A stretch of DNA of 41,065 nucleotides from NCBI GenBank assembly GCA_045615405.1, contig JAZLET010000022.1:1-41065 (forward strand), written 5' to 3'. Shown piece by piece: positions 27,401-37,274 of this stretch. The translations under genes and the position numbers were made by a program. The number at the start of each line of letters is the position of its first letter. Position 1 is the stretch's first letter. Under the pieces are notes generated by a model. It worked only from the letters and a program-made list of their open reading frames with translations, made no database searches and was not told where the DNA came from. The DNA comes from Candidatus Fimenecus sp. (GTDB taxonomy: Bacteria; Bacillota; Clostridia; Oscillospirales; Acutalibacteraceae).

Positions 27401-30400
27401 ATGTCTTTCGTTCACTTACACGTGCATACTGAATACAGCTTATTAGATGGCGTTTGCCGTCTTAATAGGCTTTGTTGTGCTGCTAAAGAACGAGGACAAA
27501 ACGCGATAGCAATTACTGACCACGGCAATTTGTTTGGTGCAGTTGATTTTTATAAAGAAGCAAAAAAGGCTGGGATTAAACCAATTATTGGTTGTGAGGT
27601 TTATGTTGCTTCTCGTTCAAGATTTGATAAGGTTCACGGCATTGACTCTAATCGTCATCATCTTGTGTTGCTTTGTAAAAATGAAACTGGCTATAAAAAT
27701 CTTACAAAACTAGTATCATCTGCTTGGGTTGACGGCTTTTATACAAAACCACGAATTGACCGTGAGCTTCTTGAAAAGCACCACGAAGGACTTATATGTC
27801 TTTCGGCTTGTCTTGCAGGTGAAATCCCTAAACTTATTGTAAATGGTGAGTATATTAAGGCAAAAGAAACTGCATTGTGGTATTCAAATCTTTTCGGTAA
27901 GGACAACTATTATCTTGAAATGCAAGACCATTCATTATCTGAACAGTTAAAAGTTAATGAAGGATTAATACGCTTGTCAAAAGAAACTGGAATTCCACTT
28001 GTTGCCACAAATGACGTACATTATATTGACCGCGAAGATTCAAAGGTACAAAAGGTGCTTATTTGTATTGCTACAAACCATACTGTTGATGAAGAGTCAG
28101 CACTTGAATTTGAAACTGATGAGTTTTATCTTAAAACTGAAAATGAAATGTATCAAAAATTTGGTTATATTGAAGAGGCGATTCAAAATACTCAAAAAAT
28201 TGCCGATATGTGTAATTATGATTTTGAATTTGGCAACACAAAACTTCCTAATTTCCAAGTGCCTAATGGTATTACTCACTACGATTATCTTCGTGAAAAA
28301 TCTTATGCGGGGTTAAGAGCAAAATATGGCGAAAATCCTGATAAGTTATACATTGATAGATTGGAATATGAGCTTTCAGTTATTGAAAGCATGGGTTATG
28401 TTGACTATTTCCTTATAGTTTCTGACTTTATTCAGTATGCAAAAGATAATGGTATTCCGGTAGGTCCTGGTCGTGGCTCGGGTGCAGGTAGTATTTGCGC
28501 TTATTGTACTGGTATAACAAATGTTGACCCCATTAAATACAATCTTATTTTTGAACGCTTTTTGAATCCTGAGCGTGTTAGTATGCCTGATATTGACGTG
28601 GATTTTTGCTACGAAAGACGTCAAGAGGTAATTGATTATGTTGTTCAAAAGTATGGCGCTGACCATGTGGCGCAAATTGTTACTTTTGGTACAATGGCTG
28701 CTCGTGCGGCAATTCGTGATGTGGGTAGAGCATTAGGAATGTCTTATGCAACTGTTGATAGTGTTGCAAAGAAAATTCCAAGAGCATTAGGTATTACAAT
28801 TGAAAAAGCGCTTAAAGAAAGTGATGACTTAAAACTTCTCTATGATAGTGACGATAAAGTTAAAGAACTTATTGATACATCAATGAGTGTTGAAGGTATG
28901 CCTCGCCACGCTTCAACTCACGCGGCAGGTATTGTTATTACCGACCGACCAGTTAGTGATTATGTGCCACTTGCAACAAATGATGAATCGGTTGTTACAC
29001 AGTTTACAATGACAACAATTGAAGAATTAGGACTTCTTAAAATGGACTTTTTGGGACTTCGCACATTAACTGTAATTAACGATTGCGTAAAAATGGTTCA
29101 AGTGAATAATCCTGATTTTGATATTGAGAAAATTGATTTTAATGACCAAAACGTGTATTCGTTATTCACAAGTGGTAAAACTGATGGTGTGTTTCAGTGT
29201 GAATCAAGTGGTATGAGAAGCGTATTTATGCGCCTTAAACCAACAAATATTGAAGATATTATTGCTGTTATTTCTCTTTATAGACCAGGGCCAATGGATT
29301 CTATTGATTCTTATATTAAGAATAGACATAATCCTGAAAATATCCGTTATAAAACACCAATGCTACGCCAAATTCTTGACGTTACTTATGGGTGTATGGT
29401 CTATCAAGAACAAGTAATGCAAATTTTCCGTTCCCTTGCTGGATATTCACTCGGTCGTGCTGATATTGTTCGCCGTGCCATGTCTAAGAAAAAGCATAAG
29501 GTTCTTGAAGATGAGCGTGGATTTTTTTGCGATGGATGTTCTAAAAACAACATTTCAAAAGAAATTGCAAACGAAATTTTTGACGATATGTCATCATTCG
29601 CATCTTATGCCTTTAACAAATCTCATGCTGCGGCATATGCTGTTGTAGCATATAGAACAGCGTATCTTAAATATTACTATCCTTGTGAATTTATGGCGGC
29701 GTTGCTTACAAGTGTGCTTGATAACGCAGATAAAGTAGCAGGGTATATTGACGATTGTAAGCGTAACGAAATTAAAATTCTTGCACCGAATGTGAATTTC
29801 AGTTATAAAACATTTACTGTTGGAAAAAATAAGGAAAAATCAATAATGTTTGGCCTTTTAGCCATTAAAAATTTAGGACACGATTTTATTGATACAATTA
29901 TTAACGAGCGCGAAAAAAATGGTGAATTTACGTCGTTTTATTCATTTTGTAAGCGTGTGCATGGTAAAGGTTTTAATCGCCGTTCAGTTGAAAGTCTTAT
30001 TAAAAGTGGTGCTTTAGATGGTTTGGGTAGTAATCGTAATGAAATGCTTACAAATTTACCATTTATTATTGATGACTTAGACGACGATAGAAGACGTAAT
30101 GTGCAAGGCCAAATTGGATTATTTGATATGCTGAATGAAGGTGTAAGTACTGAATATTTAATGAAGTCAGTAGCTGAATTTAGAACACAAGAATTATTAC
30201 AAATGGAAAAAGAAACAACGGGACTTTATATTTCATCTCATCCTATGGAACAATATGCCGACTTAGCGGTTGAACTTAAATGTGATAAAATTGCTGATAT
30301 CATAAATGCTGAAAACGACTATAATTCACTTTATGTTGACTCAGCTTCCGTTAAAATTATGGGAATAATAAATGGAGTTACTCGTAAACAAACAAAAAAA

Positions 30401-30835
30401 GGCGAGAGCATGGCGTTTTTAAATATTGAAGATGTTGGTGGTACTATTGAGGTAATAGTATTTCCAAAACTTCTTGCAAAATATATGAATAAAATCAACA
30501 ATGGAGTTGCATTACTTGTTGGTGGTCGTCTTTCAGTACGTGAAGAGGAAAATCCAAAAATTATTCTTGATTTTCTTGAAACTGCGGAAATTGCTAAAGA
30601 AAATCGTACAAAGAAACAAGGATTGTTTATAAGGGTTGACAGTAACCAATCTCCTATATTTGAAAAATGTATTGGAATAATAAATACTAATACAAGCACA
30701 GGCGAGACTCCGTTGTACTTTTATTTTGCATCTACTAAGCAATATTTCCCTTGCAAAAAGATTACAATAAATCATAATCTTATTAAAGATTTAAAGGAAA
30801 TTGCAGGCGAGAATAATGTTATATTGCAAAATTGA
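27401..30835 (+). CDS. dnaE: DNA polymerase III alpha subunit (DnaE type)
   Basis: PHP N-terminus FVHLHVHTEYSLLDG, palm region PDIDVDF, 1144 aa, TGA stop. Confidence 0.95.
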   Translation: MSFVHLHVHTEYSLLDGVCRLNRLCCAAKERGQNAIAITDHGNLFGAVDFYKEAKKAGIKPIIGCEVYVASRSRFDKVHGIDSNRHHLVLLCKNETGYKNLTKLVSSAWVDGFYTKPRIDRELLEKHHEGLICLSACLAGEIPKLIVNGEYIKAKETALWYSNLFGKDNYYLEMQDHSLSEQLKVNEGLIRLSKETGIPLVATNDVHYIDREDSKVQKVLICIATNHTVDEESALEFETDEFYLKTENEMYQKFGYIEEAIQNTQKIADMCNYDFEFGNTKLPNFQVPNGITHYDYLREKSYAGLRAKYGENPDKLYIDRLEYELSVIESMGYVDYFLIVSDFIQYAKDNGIPVGPGRGSGAGSICAYCTGITNVDPIKYNLIFERFLNPERVSMPDIDVDFCYERRQEVIDYVVQKYGADHVAQIVTFGTMAARAAIRDVGRALGMSYATVDSVAKKIPRALGITIEKALKESDDLKLLYDSDDKVKELIDTSMSVEGMPRHASTHAAGIVITDRPVSDYVPLATNDESVVTQFTMTTIEELGLLKMDFLGLRTLTVINDCVKMVQVNNPDFDIEKIDFNDQNVYSLFTSGKTDGVFQCESSGMRSVFMRLKPTNIEDIIAVISLYRPGPMDSIDSYIKNRHNPENIRYKTPMLRQILDVTYGCMVYQEQVMQIFRSLAGYSLGRADIVRRAMSKKKHKVLEDERGFFCDGCSKNNISKEIANEIFDDMSSFASYAFNKSHAAAYAVVAYRTAYLKYYYPCEFMAALLTSVLDNADKVAGYIDDCKRNEIKILAPNVNFSYKTFTVGKNKEKSIMFGLLAIKNLGHDFIDTIINEREKNGEFTSFYSFCKRVHGKGFNRRSVESLIKSGALDGLGSNRNEMLTNLPFIIDDLDDDRRRNVQGQIGLFDMLNEGVSTEYLMKSVAEFRTQELLQMEKETTGLYISSHPMEQYADLAVELKCDKIADIINAENDYNSLYVDSASVKIMGIINGVTRKQTKKGESMAFLNIEDVGGTIEVIVFPKLLAKYMNKINNGVALLVGGRLSVREEENPKIILDFLETAEIAKENRTKKQGLFIRVDSNQSPIFEKCIGIINTNTSTGETPLYFYFASTKQYFPCKKITINHNLIKDLKEIAGENNVILQN

Positions 30836-30843
30836 TTATTAAC

Positions 30844-30872
30844 TTGCATTTTTTAGTAGATTATGATATCAT
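30844..30872 (+). promoter_or_regulatory. sigma-A-type promoter for pfkA
   Basis: TTGCAT (30844-30849), 17-nt spacer, TGaTATCAT extended -10 (30867-30872). Confidence 0.5.
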
Positions 30873-30920
30873 ATACACTCAATGTGGTAATATTTAGCAA
30901 AAATATAAAGGGTGGTTTAA

Positions 30921-31883
30921 ATGAAAACAATAGGTGTTTTAACAAGTGGCGGTGACGCTCCAGGTATGAACGCTGCTGTTCGTGCAGTTGTTCGTGCAGG
31001 TTGTGAAAACGGTTTTAGAGTAATGGGTATTAGACGCGGTTATAATGGTCTTATGCAAGGTGATATGTTTGAAATGAATCTTCGTTCAGTTTCAAATATT
31101 ATTAACCGTGGTGGTACTATTCTTTACTCAGCAAGAAGTCCTGAATTTAAAACTGAAGAAGGACTCCAAAAAGCACTTAAAGTTGCAAAAGATGTTAATA
31201 TGGAAGGTATTGTTGTAATCGGTGGTGATGGTTCATTCCGTGGTGCTCGTGACTTATCACTTCGTGGTGTTAATTGTGTTGGTATTCCAGGCACTATTGA
31301 TAACGATATCGCATGTAGTGACTACACAATCGGTTATGATACTGCTATGAACACTGTTCTTGAAATGGTTGATAGACTTCGTGACACATCAGAGTCACAC
31401 GATCGTTGCACAGTTGTTGAAGTTATGGGTAGACGTGCAGGATATATTGCTCTCAATGCAGGTATTGCTTGTGGTGCAACATCAATTCTTATTCCTGAAG
31501 TTGAATATGATTTTCAACGTGATGTTATTGAAAGAATGAAGAGAACACAAAAGACCGGTAAGAGACACTTTATTATTGTTGTTGCTGAGGGTATTGGTGG
31601 CGTTGAAGAAATGGCAAAGCGTATTGAGCGTGAAACAGGTGTAGAAACAAGAGCAACTGTTCTTGGACACGTTCAACGTGGTGGTCATCCAACAGTACGT
31701 GATAGAGTAACAGCATCTCTTATGGGTTACAAAGCAGTTGAACTTCTTAAAGAAGGTATTGGTAACCGTGTTCTTGCTATCAATAAAGATGAAATTGTTG
31801 ACTATGATATTTTTGAAGCACTCAATATGAAGAAGTCTCTTATTATTGAAGAATATAAAATTGCTCACGAAATCTCTATCTAA
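30921..31883 (+). CDS. pfkA: ATP-dependent 6-phosphofructokinase
   Basis: GVLTSGGDAPGMNAA, GGDGS and PGTIDND motifs, 320 aa. Confidence 0.95.
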   Translation: MKTIGVLTSGGDAPGMNAAVRAVVRAGCENGFRVMGIRRGYNGLMQGDMFEMNLRSVSNIINRGGTILYSARSPEFKTEEGLQKALKVAKDVNMEGIVVIGGDGSFRGARDLSLRGVNCVGIPGTIDNDIACSDYTIGYDTAMNTVLEMVDRLRDTSESHDRCTVVEVMGRRAGYIALNAGIACGATSILIPEVEYDFQRDVIERMKRTQKTGKRHFIIVVAEGIGGVEEMAKRIERETGVETRATVLGHVQRGGHPTVRDRVTASLMGYKAVELLKEGIGNRVLAINKDEIVDYDIFEALNMKKSLIIEEYKIAHEISI

Positions 31884-31886
31884 ATT

Positions 31887-32378
31887 ATGACAAACATTGT
31901 ACTTATTGGTATGCCTGGTTGCGGTAAGAGTACAGTTGGTGTAATTCTTGCAAAAACACTGGGTATAGGCTTTGTTGATACAGATTTAATTATTCAACAA
32001 CGTGAGAATAGATTACTTCAAAATATTATTGATACTGAAGGAATTGAATATTTTCTTGATTGTGAAGCAAATGCAGTTATGTCACTTGATTGTGAAAATA
32101 CAGTAATCGCAACAGGTGGTAGTGTTGTATATCGTGAAGATGCTATTAATCATCTTAAGAAAAACGGTAAAATTATTTTTCTTGATGTACAGTTAGACGA
32201 AATAAAAAAACGTTTAAACAATATTAGCACTCGTGGAATTGCAGCACAAAAAAATGATTCAATTGACGATATTTATAATGAGCGGATTGTTCTTTATAAT
32301 AAATATGCTGATATTAAGCTTTCGCTTGATGGAAACTCAGTTGAGCAAACTGTTGAAAAAATTTGCAAATTTTTCTAA
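31887..32378 (+). CDS. aroK: shikimate kinase
   Basis: Walker A GMPGCGKST, 163 aa, GGS motif ATGGSVV. Confidence 0.85.
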   Translation: MTNIVLIGMPGCGKSTVGVILAKTLGIGFVDTDLIIQQRENRLLQNIIDTEGIEYFLDCEANAVMSLDCENTVIATGGSVVYREDAINHLKKNGKIIFLDVQLDEIKKRLNNISTRGIAAQKNDSIDDIYNERIVLYNKYADIKLSLDGNSVEQTVEKICKFF

Positions 32379-32384
32379 AATTAT

Positions 32385-32428
32385 TGCCTTGTAGTGAAAT
32401 GAAAATTTCACCGCAAGGCATATTTTTT
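32385..32428 (+). terminator. rho-independent terminator after aroK
   Basis: Composite stem TGCCTTG..GTGAAAT/ATTTCAC..CAAGGCA followed by TATTTTTT. Confidence 0.75.
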
Positions 32429-32495
32429 ACCTCAAATATTGCTTTAATTATGTGGCAAATTATTAGTGCGATAAAAACAGTATGGAGGTGAAAAA

Positions 32496-33734
32496 TTGCG
32501 TATATTTTTTAAAATTTTATCAATAATAGGTGCGGTTTTATGTGTAGCTATATTCGTATTAATATATTTTGCTCAAATTTCAGTACCATCAAAAATTATA
32601 ACAATTGAAGAATCTGGATATTGTTTTCCACAGCTTTTTGGATTGAATTTGTATAACGTAAAAATTGAAAGCAAATTAGATGTTTCAAGAAATAATAATG
32701 ATGAAATACGGCAAGAAGCTAAAATTGAACTTTTAGATATTATTCCCGTTAAAAATATTCAAATTACAAATACCAAAAGAAAATTCGTTATTCCTGGAGG
32801 AGAAATTTTTGGTATAAAACTATATACGGATGGTGTAGTTATAGTTGATACTGATGTTGTTGAAACGGAAAATGGAGATATCAATCCAGCTGAAGAATCA
32901 GGAATTTTAGTCGGTGATGTTATAAAAACAATTGATGGTGTAAGCGTTCAATCTACAAAGCATCTTTCAAAAATTTTAGAAAACAGTCAGGGCAAAGAAA
33001 TGCTAATAGAAATAAGTCGTAACGATAAAGAGGTCAAAGTTAAATTTAAAACATATAAAGATAGCACAAGCGGTAAATATAAGGCAGGTCTATGGGTGCG
33101 TGATAGTACTGCAGGTCTCGGTACGGTAACGTTTTATAATCCACAAAATGGTTCTTTTGCAGGACTTGGACATCCAATTTATGATGTTGACACAAAAACT
33201 ATTATGCCAATGAAAAGTGGAGAAATGGCGGAAGCGGGAATAAAGGGTTTGTATAAAAGTTCAAAAGGTGTTGTAGGTGAATTGTGCGGAGTATTAACAG
33301 GTAAAAATAAAGGTGTTCTTTGCTTAAATTGTGAAGAAGGAGTTTACGGATTTACAAAATGCAATAAGATAGAACTAATGCCGATTGCAGTGAGGCAAGA
33401 AATTAAACAAAAAGATGCTCAAATTATTTGCTCTATTGATAATTCAGGACCTCAATATTTTGATATTAAAATAATAAAAATATATCCAAACTCTCAAGTT
33501 GCTAATAAAGATATGATTATAAAAATAGTAGACAACGATTTAATAAATAAGACAGGTGGAATAGTGCAAGGTATGAGTGGTAGTCCAATTATTCAAAATG
33601 GTATGATTATAGGTGCGGTTACTCATGTTTTCGTTAATGAGCCAACACAAGGCTATGCAATTTTTGCCGAAAGAATGTATGAGACCTCTATTTGTCGTGA
33701 AATGGAAAAATATGAACAATTAAAAGCATCTTAA
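32496..33734 (+). CDS. spoIVB: SpoIVB peptidase (S55, sporulation signalling protease)
   Basis: N-terminal TM segment, PDZ region, GTVTFYNPQNGSFAGLGH and GMSGSPI catalytic motifs. TTG start follows GGAGGTG. Confidence 0.88.
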   Translation: MRIFFKILSIIGAVLCVAIFVLIYFAQISVPSKIITIEESGYCFPQLFGLNLYNVKIESKLDVSRNNNDEIRQEAKIELLDIIPVKNIQITNTKRKFVIPGGEIFGIKLYTDGVVIVDTDVVETENGDINPAEESGILVGDVIKTIDGVSVQSTKHLSKILENSQGKEMLIEISRNDKEVKVKFKTYKDSTSGKYKAGLWVRDSTAGLGTVTFYNPQNGSFAGLGHPIYDVDTKTIMPMKSGEMAEAGIKGLYKSSKGVVGELCGVLTGKNKGVLCLNCEEGVYGFTKCNKIELMPIAVRQEIKQKDAQIICSIDNSGPQYFDIKIIKIYPNSQVANKDMIIKIVDNDLINKTGGIVQGMSGSPIIQNGMIIGAVTHVFVNEPTQGYAIFAERMYETSICREMEKYEQLKAS

Positions 33735-33741
33735 AAACAAA

Positions 33742-33769
33742 AGGGTGGAATCCGTTTGGATTCCACCCT
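33742..33769. terminator. bidirectional rho-independent terminator
   Basis: Perfect 12-bp stem AGGGTGGAATCC/GGATTCCACCCT with a 4-nt loop, flanked by A- and T-rich runs. It lies between convergent genes. Confidence 0.8.
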
Positions 33770-33787
33770 AAATTTAATATTAAAATT

Positions 33788-35143
33788 TTAATTTTTAAGG
33801 CTTTGTAATGGTGCAGGAATTCTTCCGCCACGGTTAATAAATTTAGCAGGAGATGCTGTGTTTAATTTCATTACAGGACCATAACCTAAAAGTCCACCGA
33901 AATTAAGTGTGTCTCCAATATCTTTACCAATTGCAGGAATAAGCCTTACTGCAGTTGTTTTTGAGTTTACCATACCAATAGCAGCTTCGTCGGCGATAAT
34001 ACCTGAAAGCACTTCGGCTGTTGTGTCGCCAGGTACAATAATCATATCAAGACCAACTGAGCAAACACAAGTCATTGCTTCAAGCTTTTCTATTGTAAGT
34101 GCGCCGCTTGTTGCAGCAGCAATCATACCAGCATCTTCTGAAACCGGAATAAATGCACCTGAAAGTCCACCAACATGTGATGATGCCATTACACCACCTT
34201 TTTTTACTGCGTCGTTAAGAAGTGCAAGACAAGCTGTTGTGCCATGTGCACCACACTGTTCAAGTCCCATTTCCTCAAGAATATAAGCAACTGAGTCGCC
34301 AACTGCAGGTGTAGGCGCAAGGGATAAGTCAACAATACCGAATGGAACATTAAGTCTTTTTGAAGCCTCACAAGCAACAAGTTGACCCATTCTTGTAATT
34401 TTAAATGCGGTACGCTTAACCATATCCGCAACCTCGGTAATGTTTGCATTAGGGATTTTTGAGATTGCTGAGCGAACAACACCAGGACCGGATACGCCAA
34501 CATTAATTACGCAGTCTGGTTCGCCAACTCCATGAAATGCACCCGCCATAAATGGGTTATCTTCAGGAGCGTTACAAAATACAACAAGCTTTGCGGGACC
34601 AATGCAACCTTTGTTTGCTGTAATTTCGGCAGATTCTTTAATAATTTGTCCCATAAGCTTAACTGCATCCATATTAATACCAGCTTTTGTTGAACCAATA
34701 TTAACTGATGAGCAAATGTGCTCAGTAACGCTTAATGCTTCAGGTATACTACGAATAAGCGCTTCATCACCAGCGGCAAAGCCTTTTTGTACAAGTGCAG
34801 AATAACCACCGATAAAGTTTACGCCAACTGTTTGTGCCACTCTTTCAAGAGTTTTTGCATAAAGCACAGGGTCACCTTTACCTGAGGCTAAAATCATTGA
34901 AATTGGTGTAACTGAGATTCGCTTATTAATAATAGGAATACCATATTCCTTTTCAATATCTTCACCAGTTTTTACAAGGTTTTCAGCTTTTCTAGTCATT
35001 TTCTCATAAATCTTATCGCAGGTTGATTTTGCATCGCCGGTGCAACAGTCAAGAAGAGAAATTCCCATTGTAATTGTTCGTATATCAAGATTTTCATCTT
35101 GAATCATATTAATTGTTTCTAATATATCGTGTGTATTAATCAT
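33788..35143 (-). CDS. UPF0210 (DUF711, 'PFL-like') family protein
   Basis: 451 aa. The N-terminus [27 protein letters not shown] is characteristic of UPF0210. It is paired with an upstream small ACT protein. Confidence 0.75.
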   Translation of the reverse strand: MINTHDILETINMIQDENLDIRTITMGISLLDCCTGDAKSTCDKIYEKMTRKAENLVKTGEDIEKEYGIPIINKRISVTPISMILASGKGDPVLYAKTLERVAQTVGVNFIGGYSALVQKGFAAGDEALIRSIPEALSVTEHICSSVNIGSTKAGINMDAVKLMGQIIKESAEITANKGCIGPAKLVVFCNAPEDNPFMAGAFHGVGEPDCVINVGVSGPGVVRSAISKIPNANITEVADMVKRTAFKITRMGQLVACEASKRLNVPFGIVDLSLAPTPAVGDSVAYILEEMGLEQCGAHGTTACLALLNDAVKKGGVMASSHVGGLSGAFIPVSEDAGMIAAATSGALTIEKLEAMTCVCSVGLDMIIVPGDTTAEVLSGIIADEAAIGMVNSKTTAVRLIPAIGKDIGDTLNFGGLLGYGPVMKLNTASPAKFINRGGRIPAPLQSLKN

Positions 35144-35155
35144 TTTATTACCTAC

Positions 35156-35425
35156 TTATATTCTGTGCATTGAGTTGAAAATATCTTCGTGCATTACATG
35201 GATTGAAAGAGCCATTTCATTTCCAAGAGCAGTAACTTTATCCGAAAAATCTGTAAATGGAACATTTGCTTTTTCAAAATCTACAAGCATAATCATGCAA
35301 AACATATCTTGCAAAATTGACTGTGAAACTTCAATAACATTAACGCCGTTTTCAGCGCAAACGCCTGAAACTTTAGCCAAAATACCAACCATATCTTTAC
35401 CTACTACAGTGATTATACCTCTCAT
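35156..35425 (-). CDS. ACT domain protein (UPF0237 family)
   Basis: About 89 aa. The RGIITVVGKDMVGILAKVSGVCAENGVNV pattern is ACT-like. ATG 35425 follows GGAGG. Confidence 0.75.
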   Translation of the reverse strand: MRGIITVVGKDMVGILAKVSGVCAENGVNVIEVSQSILQDMFCMIMLVDFEKANVPFTDFSDKVTALGNEMALSIHVMHEDIFNSMHRI

Positions 35426-35454
35426 TATAAATACCTCCAAAATGTATTTTCAAT

Positions 35455-35483
35455 ATTCTATCATAAAAAATCTTTATTGTGAA
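35455..35483 (-). promoter_or_regulatory. sigma-A-type promoter for the ACT/UPF0210 pair
   Basis: Minus strand: TTCACA (35478-35483), 17-nt spacer, TGaTAGAAT extended -10 (35455-35460). Confidence 0.5.
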
Positions 35484-35565
35484 TATCAATATTTTTCAAA
35501 ATTTATTGAAAAATATAGTAGATTTATAGTAAAATAAACATATAAACGATAAGAGGAGTATTTCC

Positions 35566-36390
35566 ATGTACAAGAATATTGTTGATTTACATGTTCATAC
35601 CGATAACTCATTTGATGGTAATCATTCTGCTACATTCTTTTGTGAAAAAGCTGAAATGATGGATTTGCGTGCGCTTGCATTTACTGACCATTGTGAAGTT
35701 GACCAATATCGTGGTGATGAAAATTATGAAAAACGAATGCTGCAGGCGTTCTTTGAGATTTCTAAAGTACGTTCAGCATTTCGCGGTAAGCTGTTAGTCC
35801 TTAACGGTATTGAATTAGGACAACCTGCTTATGATATTGAAATGGCGAACAAAATTATAAATAGGCATGATTACGACCAAGTGTTAGGCTCAGTTCATAA
35901 TCTTCGTGGTGGTGAAGATTTCTATTATATGGAAAATCTTAATTTTGACCAAGCAAATAATCTTTTAAAACAATATTTTAATGAAATTATTGAAATGCTT
36001 AAATGGGGTAAATTTGATATTCTTGCTCATCTTACTTATCCGTTAAGATATTTTTACTCACAATCTAATTTAAGCATAGATTTAAACAACTACAAAAAAC
36101 AAATTGATGAAATACTATTAATGACCGCAAAAGCTGAAAAAGCACTTGAAATTAATACTGCAGCGCTCCGTCAGCCGCTTAATAAATTATCACCTGAAGT
36201 TGATATTGTAAAGCGATTTAAAGAGCTTGGTGGTAAATATGTATCGGTTGGCTCTGATGCTCATTTTGCTGAACACTTAGCATGCGATATTGATAGAGCA
36301 TACAGTTGTGCATTAGAGGCTGGATTTGATAGTATAACATTCTTCCAAAAACATACTCCAATGCAAATGAAAATTGAAGGGTCGGTATAA
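35566..36390 (+). CDS. PHP-domain phosphatase (HisJ/histidinol-phosphatase family)
   Basis: DLHVHTDNSFDG, FTDH, GSVH and GSDAH metal-binding motifs, 274 aa. Confidence 0.7.
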   Translation: MYKNIVDLHVHTDNSFDGNHSATFFCEKAEMMDLRALAFTDHCEVDQYRGDENYEKRMLQAFFEISKVRSAFRGKLLVLNGIELGQPAYDIEMANKIINRHDYDQVLGSVHNLRGGEDFYYMENLNFDQANNLLKQYFNEIIEMLKWGKFDILAHLTYPLRYFYSQSNLSIDLNNYKKQIDEILLMTAKAEKALEINTAALRQPLNKLSPEVDIVKRFKELGGKYVSVGSDAHFAEHLACDIDRAYSCALEAGFDSITFFQKHTPMQMKIEGSV

Positions 36391-36393
36391 CTT

Positions 36394-37257
36394 ATGAAGG
36401 TTAAAGTTGCAGCAAAAATTAATTTAATGCTTGATATTTTAAAAAGACTTGATAATGGATATCATTCTCTTTTTATGATTATGCAATCGGTTGATTTATA
36501 CGACACAGTAAAAGTTGAGAGAAACGACGAGAATAAGATTGTAATTAAATGTGACACCGATGGTGTTCCCTGTAATGAAAAAAATATTGCATATAAATGT
36601 GCAATGGCGTTTTTTAATGCTTGTAATATTGATAATAGGGGAATTACTATAGTGATTGAGAAAAACATTCCTATGGCAGCAGGTACCGCTGGTGGTAGTG
36701 CTGATGGTGCGGGTGTACTTTATTGTTTAAACAAGATTTATAAAACTAATCTCTGTCAAACTGAACTTTGCGAAATTGGTGCGAAAGTTGGTGCTGATAT
36801 TCCATTTAGTCTTACAGGTGGCACTGCAATAGCACTTAATACAGGTAACGTGATTGCACCTGTTAAGGACTTTCCTGAATGCTATATTGTGCTTTGTAAA
36901 CCTGACCAAGATGTTTCTACACCTGAGGCGTATGCACAATTTGATGCTTTGTCACGAGTGCGCCACCTTGACCGTGTTTCTATGATTGAAGCTGTTGCAA
37001 ATGGTGACTATGAAAAAATTTGCACACATTGTGGTAATGTGTTTGAGCAAGCAGTTGAAGTGCCAAAAAGGCCTCACATTAAAGGCGTTATGCGAAAATG
37101 TGGTGCGGACGCTTGTTGTATGAGCGGTAGTGGTCCAACAGTTTTTGGATTATTCAGCGATAAAGATAAAGCAGAGGATTGCTACAATAAACTTATTAAA
37201 AAATATGATAGCGTATATCTTTGCAAGCCTACAAATAAAGGGGTTATTGAAATATAA
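36394..37257 (+). CDS. ispE: 4-diphosphocytidyl-2-C-methyl-D-erythritol kinase
   Basis: KINLMLDI N-terminus and GHMP motif PMAAGTAGGSADGAG, 287 aa. Confidence 0.88.
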   Translation: MKVKVAAKINLMLDILKRLDNGYHSLFMIMQSVDLYDTVKVERNDENKIVIKCDTDGVPCNEKNIAYKCAMAFFNACNIDNRGITIVIEKNIPMAAGTAGGSADGAGVLYCLNKIYKTNLCQTELCEIGAKVGADIPFSLTGGTAIALNTGNVIAPVKDFPECYIVLCKPDQDVSTPEAYAQFDALSRVRHLDRVSMIEAVANGDYEKICTHCGNVFEQAVEVPKRPHIKGVMRKCGADACCMSGSGPTVFGLFSDKDKAEDCYNKLIKKYDSVYLCKPTNKGVIEI

Positions 37258-37274
37258 ATAAATGAGGGATTGAT

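Noticed and set aside
32224-32232. CIRCE half-site TTAGCACTC
   Set aside because: It lies inside the aroK coding sequence, and the required inverted partner GAGTGCTAA is absent 9 nt downstream.
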